A DNA stretch of 64,000 bases. It comes from Lytechinus pictus. Taxonomy: Eukaryota. Where the stretch lies: contig NC_087250.1 in NCBI RefSeq assembly GCF_037042905.1, positions 26,910,001 to 26,974,000 on the forward strand. Direction: 5' to 3'. The translations under genes and the position numbers were made by a program. Below, piece by piece: positions 52,191 through 63,302 of this stretch (positions are counted from its first letter, which is position 1; every line of letters starts with the position of its first letter). The notes under the pieces were generated by a model. The model made no database searches, was not told the origin of the DNA, and saw only the letters and a list, made by a program, of their open reading frames with translations.

Positions 52191-52679
52191 AACTTAATAC
52201 GTAAACATATGGCCAGTGAGTCCCCTGTACAAATCGAGCTAGAACTTTGGTCTCTGTATTTGGTGAGTAGAGCCAACAGAGTTCAGCTGAACAACCAAAA
52301 TAACACTAACAGAGACAGAAGCTTTTGGTTTAGGCAGAGCCTATTCCAGAGAGGATTCGTCTGTGTAATACTATTCTCCAAAATTGGGTAGAATGAGGTC
52401 GCAATAGCACAAATTGGGGAAAAATAATTATGCTCTTGCATAAATTATATGGATGAAAGTCTTTGTGACACAGAATCCTTACAGCGAGGCACAAACTGGA
52501 CCCTCAAAAAAGGGAAAAATTAGACCTCCATGTCGCGTTCATTCTCAGTATCGATCGGCCATTTTGTTTCCAATTTTGAAAGAAGGAGAACGAACGTGAC
52601 AGAACTTTTACTTTTTGAGGGTTCAGTTTGTGCCTCGATGTCAGGATTCTGTGTCTCGATAGACCTTCATCCATATAAT

Positions 52680-54392
52680 TAGGAGTGGGCTACACATGTG
52701 TCAAAAATATTTTTTTTGTAATTTCAATATGACAACAGTTTTTTTAAATTCCTTGCAATGTATTTCAACATGAAATGACAATATTTTTTGTCTCGGGTCC
52801 GAGAAAAAAGTGTGCCAGGCAAAAATCCAAAATGGCCGCCAAAACCCCCCAAAATCACAGTTTTGACCACAACTTTTTTATTTGGTGGTCAATTTCTCTG
52901 GTTTTGGTGTCTATTCATATGTTTTGGGGGACAGGTAATTTGTTTTTCCTATAATTAGTACTTTTAAACCATTATTTGTAGAGTTAAAAGGTAATTATAC
53001 CTAAATTTTCCCATTTTTGTAGCCTTTTTTCAGCCAAAAAGTAGGTTTTATCATCCTGGGGTTCTGGGATATTAGATGGTACGAGGTCAACAATAGCAAG
53101 CAGCTTCATATAGCTATATTGCTTTTATTCCTCCACTTTGGGTTTTACGGATATTTGTTAAATATATCTTATCAAATGAAAAAATGTCAATTATCCATTG
53201 GGGCTATACAGTATACATATGTACAATGTAGGCCTACTGTACATACATACTGCACTGCATAAATGCATTGGCCACCATGACAGATAACAAGGCTTGTAAA
53301 ACTATAGTGTCATAGAAATGAGCTCTCAGGTTTAGAATTAGATGCCTCAGAAATTGAAGATATGTTTGTCTCAGATATTGAGGACATGTTTTGTCAAATA
53401 TGCTAATTTAGGGGGCGGAGAGAGGTAATTTACACTGTAGCTATTCTGGGCCCCGTTGCATAAAAATTTACCATTATGTTAACTTAACTTAATGGTAACT
53501 TGCATGCAATCCTTTATTCTGATTGGCTGTTGATCAGCGTTACCATGATACTAGTAGTTACCTGACCTCATAAACATAGGCCAGTTAGACACCAGAACCA
53601 GGTTTTAAAAAAGCCTCCAAATGAAGAAGATATGGCTAAAAATGTGATGTACGTATATATACATGTATGTGATATTTAAGTGCAATTTACGTTGCTGGTT
53701 TCATCGTGTACATCAGCTGACAAGGAATCAAATTCACAATCTAATTCTAAACCTTTGAAGCTCATTTCTATGACACTATAGTTTATATACAGGCCTTGTC
53801 ATTTGCCATGGTGGTCAATGCATGGATATACTGTCTGCAGCTAGTGTAGTATGTGACAGTGCATTGTACACCGTATAGCCCCAATGGATAAATGACATTT
53901 TCTTTTATTTGATAAGATATATTTCACAAATATCCGTAAAACCCAAGGTGGAGGAATAAAAGCAATATAGCTACATGAAGCTGCTTGCTATTGTTGACCT
54001 CGTACCATCTAATATCCCAGAACCCCAGGATGATAAAACCCACTTTTTTGCTAAAAAAAGGCTACAAAAATGGGAAAATTTAGGTATAATTACCTTTCAA
54101 CTCTACAAATAATGGTTTAAAAGTACTAATTATAGGAAAAACAAATTGCCTGCCCCCAAAACATATGAATAGACACCAAAACCAGAGAAATTGACCACCA
54201 AATAAAAAAGTTGTGGCCAAAACTGTGATTTTAGGGGGTTTTGGCGGCCATTTTGGATTTTTGCCCGGCACACTTTTTTCTCGGACCCGAGACAAAAAAT
54301 ATTGTCATTTCATGTTGAGATAAGGTAAAAGGAACACAAAAAAACTGTTCCCACAGTAAAACCAAAAATCACCCATTTATAGCCCACTCCTA
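52680..54392. mobile_element. 1.7-kb foldback DNA element with about 600-bp inverted arms
   Basis: TAGGAGTGGGCTA ... TAGCCCACTCCTA with direct flank ATATAAT. Arms at about 52760-53340 and 53740-54320 are near-identical inverted. Inserted in an older palindromic MITE (about 52410-54445). Confidence 0.85.
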
Positions 54393-54480
54393 ATATAATG
54401 AAGCCTTTCAAGGTAAGCATTATTTAATTTTTCCCCTTTAATTTGGGGTGATTTCATGGCTATTGCGACCCCATTCTACC

Positions 54481-54983
54481 CCCGGGGGGGGGGGGGGGGC
54501 ACTCAAAATTTTTTTTGATGGGGGCGTGCCTCACGAAACTCTGAAATGGGTGTCTAAGGAACTGACTAAAAGGGTAAAATACGGGGTCTTGGGAACTAAA
54601 TATATACCGAGCGGTGTGAAAAACAGGGTCTACAGAACGGGATCGCGGCACTGCAAATACGTTGCTGTGCATGCACTCGCCATGCATAGACATGATAGAG
54701 CGGCTATGTAGGGAGTTGCGAAGACGTACGTGCATATCTCGCATGCGGTGCTCGCGCTGGACAATTTTGGTAGGGCTGGAGAACTGAGATGTCTCGTAAC
54801 AGGGGTCTTGCGAGCAGGGCTGGGCGGCTTCTGAACTGAACTTTTGGCATTCGAGTACCGTATAGGCCTAGTATTTTAGTAAGTTAGAGAACCGAATGAA
54901 ATTTGTGAAAATTGGGTCTGAAAAGGGGGTCATCAAAGCGGCACGTCCCCGTACCACCAATATATGTGAGTGCCCCCTCTGGG
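54481..54983. mobile_element. Non-autonomous DNA transposon with CCC/GGG termini and 8-bp TSD
   Basis: ATTCTACC|CCCGGGG..GCACTCA ... TGAGTGCCCCCTCTGGG|ATTCTACC. Confidence 0.75.
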
Positions 54984-55048
54984 ATTCTACCCCATTTTGG
55001 AGATTACCGCTGCCCAATATATTGCACGGACGAGTCCTGGGCTCAGGT

Positions 55049-57355
55049 AGCCAGGCGGCTTCTAGAGAGTAAAAATCATTTACTAACGTAAGGTCACTCT
55101 CATACGAAGCCAGGCCTTCTATCCCATAGACCCACACAATGGAAGCCAAAACCTGAAACTTTCACCCCCGAGATTTCTACTTTCCTTCTAAAAGATCTAG
55201 CTCTAAATCATGTACATGGGATAAAACTTCATTTCCGACATTTCTACGCTCTCGTTGTTATTTTTAAAACAAGAATTCATCAAAAAAATGAAAAAATATT
55301 GTGAAAAGACGGAAGAGACTTGCCCGATGTTTACGCCGCCATCTTGTTTCTTATTGTACTTCCCCAAGTACAATAAGAAACTAGATTTTAATTCGTCATG
55401 CGGACGAATTAGGTGGTCTGTCCTTATTCTCGCCATCATGATCACCATTACCATGTTCCAGCAGATCAATATGATCTTCATGATGACAACGGAATGTTCA
55501 TTATGGATGGAATACTTGTGAAAGACGGGAGATGATAAAGCACTGTGAAAATGGTCTCTTTGATATATGACAATACATGTGATATGAAAAAAGTAATTAT
55601 AGTCTGTTTTATCTTGCTAAATTTTAACTTTTATACCTTTTAATTATCATAAAGGATCATGTACGAGGTGGTAAAAAAGAAAAAAAAAATGAAAAAAAAT
55701 CATCTTGTTTACCCCAAGACTCGAACCTGCGCCCCCGAGAACGCAAGTCAAGTGTGTTATCCATTGAGCCACGACATTCCCCATAGAGATTACACGTAAG
55801 CAAATTTAAGAATTGCAAATCCAATTTTGCAAGCGAAAAATGGGCATGATCCCGGCATCTGATCAAAAAATGGAGGGCACACTTCCGAAAGCTTAGAATC
55901 TCAGCTACAACATTTTAAAAGCTCAGAGACAACTGACAAGAAAAAGTGGAGATATAGCTCACGAAATAGAGGAATGTCGAATCTAGTTTTGAGAAAAAGT
56001 CATGTCCCATAGAGATTACACGCAAAATGAGGAAAAATTACATGCCTCTTTTGATCGCTATTTTACGCCATGATGCGTTTTTCAAAATGAAAATTCATGT
56101 TAACTGAGGAGAATGAGTACATTCTAAATTACAACAAATCGAAAATTGGGCGAAAATTTACCAATATTCACGGAGTTAAAGCCTAATTTGCATAATTATT
56201 ATGACATCATAACAAGGAAAATGGATATTTTAACTTCCGACGCCATTATGATGACGTCATGATCAAATTGAGGGACAATGGTGACATGAAATCAAATCTA
56301 CAACTCATACTCTATCGATATATGAAAAAAAATTGGGGGTCAACGGACTATTTAAAGAGCTACAGTGAATTTTTAATAGGCATGTTTTTGCCCATATATG
56401 GCCTATAGTAAGAGCTCGCACGCACACGTGCTGCAAACTTTAACGGGTGTTAATTTCGTTATTAATGGTCGTAGAAGGTTGATGAAGGTATCAAATTGCT
56501 CAGAATTATATTATCAATGCAATGATATAAAAAAAAACGGTGTTTCTGCGTTGCGTTGAAGGCGTTACGCGCGGAAACGCGCGCGCATACGTGTGCGTGC
56601 GCAAATTTTTGAAATGCTTAAAATGACCTGAAACGTACTCTACTTTGGTCAAAAAGTGATTTTGAGCAATTTGAAATTTTGACGAGCGCGTCGTGACCAC
56701 CAGGTGACCTTTGATGACATGAACTGTTGACCCTTGACCTGAAGTTAATGTGATGTAAATATTGTTAATTTTTGATAATTGATAATGAAGATATGATTGA
56801 TAATGTGATTTCACAAAATGGCACCTGGATGACGTCAAGATGACCTGATGACCTTGAAAATGTTATTGTCACGTCTTATGACAATGACCTTTGACTGTGC
56901 CAAAATTAAAAGAAATTGACAAAACCGATCTGGAGTTATCCTAGGAACAAAAAATTGGCGGAAATAAATCAAAATAAATAATAATAATAATAATAATAAT
57001 AAAGAAGAAAGAAAATTCTGACAAAACTAATAGGTGATCTGTCGTTGACAGACCACCTAACAAGATGGCGGCGTAAACATCGGGCAAGTCTCTTCCGTCT
57101 TTTCACAATATTTTTTCATTTTTTTGATGAATTCTTGTTTTAAAAATAACAACGAGAGCGTAGAAATGTCGGAAATGAAGTTTTAACTTTTATCCCATGG
57201 CATGTACCGGTAGGCCTACATGATCAGTACATGATTAAGAGCTAGATCTTTTAGAAGGAAAGTAGAAATCTCGGGGGTGAAAGTTTCAGGTTTTGGCTTC
57301 CATTGTGTGGGTCTATGGGATAGAAGGCCTGGCTTCGTATGAAGCCGCCTGGCTA
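55049..57355. repeat. Long palindrome (about 260-310-bp arms, 4-nt CCCC loop at 55362-55365) interrupted by a HINE
   Basis: 55101-55361 is the inverted copy of 55366-55380 joined to 57061-57341. Confidence 0.88.
55381..57060 (-). mobile_element. Helentron-associated (HINE-like) element, 1.68 kb
   Basis: subTIR TTAGGTGGTCTGTC/GACAGACCACCTAA, hairpin AATTCGTC-N5-GACGAATT followed by CTAG, (AAT)n microsatellite near the other end, inserted in an A/T run with no TSD. Confidence 0.8.
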
Positions 57356-57756
57356 GGCTCAGGCTAGACCAAAAGCTTCAGTCTCTGTATTTTGGTTGTT
57401 CCGCTGAACTACGTTGGCTCCACTCACCATACATAGACTGAAGGGGATGGGGCCCCGTACCTACAGCCAACGTATAGTGAACTAGCGTTTTATAGATCGC
57501 GATTTAAAACTGTTTTTTAAGCAAAATTGAAAGTTTCATGGTTTCCATTATCAGGGAAATATAAATAACTTAAGTAATTGCATACCCTGGGCCGGAGTTA
57601 TTGAAAAAAATCCTCTGGATGATTGAGAAATCTGTCATCTAAGACATTTTCACCTGACCTGACGGTTTTTCTTGCAAGTTGCCATCTTGAATGACGTCAT
57701 TATCGTTATTAACTTAATGTCTCGAATCGATATATCGCGATTATAACTAGTACTAG

Positions 57757-58447
57757 TAGGGTGTCTGGAGAAAAATATTATTTTTCTTATTTCAAGAAAA
57801 TATCACATTTTCTTTGTGAATTTGAAGAGAAATGACCTTCAGACTGACAGAAATGTAAAATTTTTGAAAAAAATCTGATTATTGGCTGCAAAAAAGAAGA
57901 ATGAAATTAGGTCAATTTTCAGCATTTCTCTGCCATAGACTGTGTAGTTAAGAAATGGACACACACAAATCCAAATTTTTAGCTTCCGAGAGCTGTTATA
58001 AATTTCTTATTAATGCCAAAAACTTGTCCATAAAGAGTCAAATAGGATTTTTTATGCTCTTTCTGATGGTATGATTTTTATAAAGATTTGGAAACCAGAT
58101 CACAATGAAAAATTGCGACAAAGTGAAAAAATTGTGCAAAACAGAAATTTCATTTTCCCATAGAAAACGCATGGGGAAATGGCAATCTCAACACACACAA
58201 AAATAAGGGTTTGCAATTTATCTCTAAATCCTTATTTAAAATGATCATATAAACTTGTCCTTACTGTCAAAAGAAGCCCCTGAATTTTCTCTTTCCATAC
58301 ATGCCAAACACAAGTTAATAATCAATTCAGATCACATTTTTCTAGTAGCCTGAACTTCCCGAAAAAAATGTGCCATATTTTCTCCTAAATCAGCCTGTCT
58401 TATGCTGACACTTTTCAGTGTGGCTTCAGTCTTTTTCAGACACCCTA
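57757..58447. mobile_element. TIR element inserted in the end of a TACTAGTA-rich palindromic MITE
   Basis: (TA)GGGTGTCTG(G/A)A ... TTCAGACACCC(TA). The host sequence resumes as TAGTACCGTAAGGG. Confidence 0.75.
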
Positions 58448-59077
58448 GTACCGTAAGGGTACTAGTATTCAACCCGTTTGGAGAGTTTCCTCAAATATAT
58501 AGAAATATAGAATTTACCTGAATTTCAGACCCGTCTTATTTCCAAGAGCAAATGCTGGTTATTCTTTTTCCGTTATTTTTTTCTTCAACCAGTTGACTGT
58601 GTGCGCGGGCGATCGAATTATACGGCGACGGATTTTGGTACTAGTATTCAACCCGTCGGCACTAGTATTCAACCTAGCGATGAAAGATGGCCCTGTCTCT
58701 CAATCTGCCCTTGTCCCATCCGACTATGGACTAGACCATTTGAGATGAGACCAAACAGGGAATTAATCAAAGCCAGAGACTTACATAGATCTAGATCTAA
58801 TTTAGCAATCTAAACCCTTTTGAGATTTGCTATCAATCCTCACTAGGTTGAATACTAGTACCATTCAGTGCAAAAGGCCATCGCCGCATAATTCGATCCT
58901 CCGCGCATACAGTCGACATATTGACAAAGAAAATATCGACAACAGATTACCCTGGAAATAACAAAGGTGTGAAATTAAGATAAATTCCCTATTTCTAAAT
59001 ATTTTGGGGAATATGTCAAAATCTTTGAATTATGCCGGGTTGAATACTAGTACCCATACGGTACTAGTACTAGTATA
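58448..59077. mobile_element. Palindromic MITE with repeated TACTAGTATTCAACC motif (left end at about 57745)
   Basis: GTACCGTAAGGGTACTAGTATTCAACCCG ... CGGGTTGAATACTAGTACCCATACGGTAC with inverted internal arms. Confidence 0.75.
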
Positions 59078-59704
59078 AGTAGTATCGTTTATCTTCGGTT
59101 TCGTTCGCATATGGAGCAGATCGTATAATATCGAAAGCAATAAGCCAATATCGATATCACATTCGTGATTGTTGACGTTCGTTTGTAAATGTTTTATAGT
59201 GTGGCTGCCATTTTGACCATTTTTATCGTGTTCAACCCAATTAAACATCGGTAAAGTATATTTTTCATGCCTTTTTCATCTATATCGTTTAAAGTATTTA
59301 AACATTTAAATATCAAGTTTTAAAAGTTTGTTGTTTTATAGTAACATCCTTAGATTGTAAATTCGATGTGTAAAATTACATGATAGGCCTACATCAAACT
59401 TTGGACTGTGAATTGACAAAAGGGAGGGAATGAGAACACATGCGAGCCCACACGTACACCCTACCGTCGGTAAATGGGGATTACAGTAAAATGTCAGAAA
59501 TTGTTGAATAAATCCCCAGAAACGACGGTTATTCCTGTCTAGGCTCAGGCCAGCTTCTCGGGCCGGAACTCCCTCCCTGGCCTGCCCTGTGTTAGGCAGG
59601 GCCGGGTCCCGCGGGCCCGGATCGGAAAGGGTGGCGACTGGCGCATCCTCCTCAAACTTCAAAGACCTCATTCATTTTTATGATTAGTTGACTGAAAAGC
59701 TTAC

Positions 59705-59910
59705 CTTTATTTGAACCGGATATGTGAAGATCAAAACCTCCGGGCTAACTTTGCAATTTTCAGTTTCGAATTTCCCAAGCACAGCTAACTGTAAGGTAGA
59801 AATAGTCAATCTCTTCAAAGGCAAAGCTTGGCGACGCCCGAGCTGCGATCCGTCAAGAATAAACATTTGATGTGCTACACAGCTAGCGCGCGTCAAGCGA
59901 CCAATAGAGG
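59705..59910 (-). promoter_or_regulatory. Probable promoter and non-coding first exon of DNMBP
   Basis: Strong AAG|GTAAGC donor (intron starts at 59704), CCAAT box (gaccaatag, about 59900) and GCGCGC upstream. A GC/CpG-rich stretch follows at 59540-59650. No transcript evidence. Confidence 0.45.
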
Positions 59911-60168
59911 ATTGTGAAGTTATAAAAAAAAGCGGTATGGTGTCTTTTTTTTTTATCTTGGTCCTATATGAAATAACAATATATGTACAGAGTATTAGGT
60001 TCTATACAAAATAATGAATTCAATACATCAAAATAAGATATATCACTTATACAGAAAGTATGCATGATAAATGTTTGAGAAATCGACTAAATGAGGACAA
60101 TTATCATAGTCATATAAGCCCTAAAATATATATTATCGACACATAAAATTATTATTATTATTATTATT

Positions 60169-62170
60169 TCCATTGTCCACAACTTGATGTTCTGTTGGTA
60201 TATTAAACAGTAACCGGACTTCTTCCAGAAATCTAGGGTTATTGTTCTATATTCTATCAAATGGGTCCTCTTCTCATTAATTGTTCACTTCTCTTTCTAA
60301 TTCAAGACCTTCCGTAAGATATGAGCTGTTCCAAGCAAGCTTGCCTTCTGTATCGTTTCAAAGGACACCTCGACTCCTAGAACAGCCAGAAAGCTTCTGT
60401 GTCTTGTTGTCACTGTTCCTAAGGCTCCGATGACTATTGGTACCACCTTCGTCTTCACCTTCCATACCCTTCTCAGCTCCCATGCCAGATCGTTATACTT
60501 CTGTATCTTTTCCTCCTCTTTACGCCAAGCTCTGCAGTCTCCCGGAATCGCAATATCTATGATGACACATTCCTTTTCCTTCTTCTTTAAGAGAACGATG
60601 TCTGGTCGTCTAGCTTCAATGACCTTGTCTGTCTGGATATTAAAATCCCATAAAAGTTTTACATCGTCGTTCTCTACTACAGGCTCTGGCCGATGTTCGT
60701 ACCATTTTTCCGCATGAGGTAAATGGTACTTCGATCTTGGCCAGACCCCAATGAACTGCAGCTGCTACTCTGTCGTGCCTTCCTTTGTACTCTGTCTGTG
60801 CCATTTTGCTGCATTCACTCACCAGATGAGACACCGTTTCGTCTTTGTCATGACACATTCTACATGAGGGAGATGTATGCTCCTTTTCAACTTTGGCTCT
60901 TCGGTAATTTGTTCTAATTGCTTGGTCCTGAGCAGCAACTAGCATACTTTCCGTCTCCTTCTTTAAACTTCCTCGTTTCAGCCACTGCCAACTCTCTGGT
61001 CCAGCAAACTCCTCCGTCTGTCTTAAATGCTGCCCGCGTGCATCACCTTCTCTTTCCATCCTTCCAGTCTCATTTTCCTTTGATCAGCCTTCAGCTGTTT
61101 CGCTGTCACATCCTTTCCTTTCCTCATCGACTCTTTGACTGCCGCCATGATGCTATCCATCTGGCCTTCAATATAGCAGTATAGGCTGTGTTCCTCATAT
61201 CTTACAGTCTCCTCTATTCCAGCCAGCTAGACCACGTCTTCCCTTCTCTCTTGACACATAAAGGACGTCTATCTACATCAGACTTTGGGTGAAACATCCC
61301 ATGCATAGTTAGCAACTTCCTTGCATGTCTTCCTGTCCAGGGTTTCGAGTTCAAGCTTGTTCCATTCAACTATGCCAGCAGCATATCTCACTAGGGCTAC
61401 TGCCCAAGTGTTAACAGCCTTCACCATGTTTCCAGCATTTAGTTTGGATTTGAGTACCTTCCGAATTCTCCTGATATACTCTGCCTCAATCTTCTTCTTC
61501 ATTTCTTGATGTTTCAACTGATCTGCCTCTAATATTCCGAGATATTTATAGCTACCACCGTCTTCGATTGATCTGATCTCTTCTCCGTTCGGCATCTGGA
61601 AGTTGTTGTCATTGGCTGGCTTACCTCTCATGAGAGTAATCATTGCACATTTATCCATCCCAAACTGCATACCGATGTCTTCGCTGAAGATCCGCACAGT
61701 GTTGATGAGAGACTCCAAGTCACTTTGTGTCTTACCAAACAGCTTCAAATCGTCCATGTATAATAGATGGTTGATTTGCTCTTGAACTCATATCCTAGCC
61801 TGGATCTTCTGAGTACCTTAGTTAATGGTGTCATTGACATCACAAACAGCAATGGAGAGACTATCTCCCTGAAAGATTCCTCTCTTGATACCAACCTCTC
61901 CAAGCACTTCACCATTACTTTCCAACTTAGTTCTCCATCTCGTCATACTTGTAATGAGGAACCTTCTGATATTGTCTGCTACACTACCCCTAACATTTCC
62001 ATAGACTCGATGATCCAAGAGTGTGGAACCATGTCGTATATGCTTTCTTGTAGTCAATCCATGCCATTGCGAGGTTCGTTTTTCTTTTCTTGCTGTCTTT
62101 CATAATTCCTTTGTCGATGCATAGTTGTTCTTTTGTTCCTCTACTTCCTTAAATTTCTACATCCCTTCTA
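60169..62170 (-). mobile_element. 5'-truncated, frameshifted non-LTR retrotransposon A (RLE type, R4/Dong-like)
   Basis: RT motifs ([27 protein letters not shown]), zinc knuckle CRMC..ETVSHLVSEC, RHD, PD-(D/E)xK endonuclease, terminal QKASLLGTAHILRKVLN* (stop 60297-60299), (TAA)n at the 3' end. Confidence 0.92.
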
Positions 62171-62187
62171 GTATTATTATTATTATT

Positions 62188-63246
62188 CCTCTAAACAGGA
62201 TCAAGTCCGTATTTTTTTCTTGAATAACTTTGCTCTAACAAAAAGCACCAAGTGATTTCAAGTGCAACTAGGAACTTTACACTACTAATGTCCGAGAGTC
62301 TTTCTTATCAATCTGGTTGTACCCAAGATAGCTGCCTTCTGAATGTCGTACATCCGAAGGTGAGGAGAGATCTTGGTTATGCAGGCTTCCATTCCCTTCT
62401 TCACCATTCCTGAGTGACTAATGATGACTGGTGTGACCTCTGCTTTCACGTTCCACATCCTCTCGATCTCAATCCTTAGGTCTTGATACTTGAGCCGTTT
62501 GTCTCTTTCCTTTACAGCAATGTACATATCATGGGGAACAGAGACCTCAATGATATTTACTACGTTGTTGTCTCTGACGATGATGTCCGGCTTGTTGCAG
62601 TTGATGGTTCTATCCGTTAGTATGCCACAGTTCCAATATATGGTGCTGTTATTGATCGTGGTGATCGTTTGTGGCTGATGTTCCCAAGCGTGATCACAAG
62701 TCATTTTACCGCGATCCTTCAGTAGTTGCCAATGGATAACTTTGGCAATATTGTCATGTCTTAATTGTGATGTACTCAGTTCCAGCAAGAGTCGAACATG
62801 CTGATACCAAATGCATGATTGTTTCGGTCTCTTTTCCACACATCCTGCAAGTGTCGTCTGTGTCTCTTCTGAGGATAGATTTTTCGTAGGCACGGGTCCT
62901 CACCACCTGGTCCTGAATAGCATAGACGAACCCTTCAGTTTCACCTCTTAGTCCCGCCGACTTAAGCCATTGATGTGTGTCTTTCTGGTCTACGAACTCC
63001 CGATCGATGCGTCTGTTTTTCATGGTGGCCATGAAGTCGCTTGGATTTAAGTTGCTCTTGAAGTTTCTTGTGAAAGGAGCATTTAAGTCTTGCCTTCTCT
63101 TTTTCACCGTAGGGTAGTGTCAGTCGATGTTGTGCCAATAAGATAGATGCTTGCTTGTTAATGGAGTATATTGCTTGACATTTATCATAATCGAGGGATA
63201 TACTCGTCAGTATATCAGGTGGATTGGATAGGTAGTTGGCGAGGTT
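62188..63246 (-). mobile_element. 5'-truncated non-LTR retrotransposon B (distinct R4/Dong-like family)
   Basis: ETEGFVYAIQDQV, CRMCGKETETIMHLVSAC, RHD, NKPDII..IIEVSVP..KY.DL, QKAAILGTTRLIRKTL*. One frameshift at about 62760. Flanked by (TAA)n on both sides. Confidence 0.92.
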
Positions 63247-63264
63247 TATTATTATTATTATTTA

Positions 63265-63300
<36 letters not shown>
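63247..63300. repeat. (TTA)n microsatellite; further tracts at 60149-60168 and 62172-62187
   Basis: Direct reading of the sequence. Confidence 0.95.

Positions 63301-63302
<2 letters not shown>

Noticed and set aside
59336..59671. 111-aa ORF in the GC-rich patch
   Set aside because: No recognisable domain, and it lies just past a strong donor, so it is likely the start of intron 1.
60169..63246. A single intact retrotransposon or domesticated RT gene
   Set aside because: Multiple frameshifts and 5' truncation. The C-terminal endonuclease region occurs twice in divergent form, so these are two dead elements.
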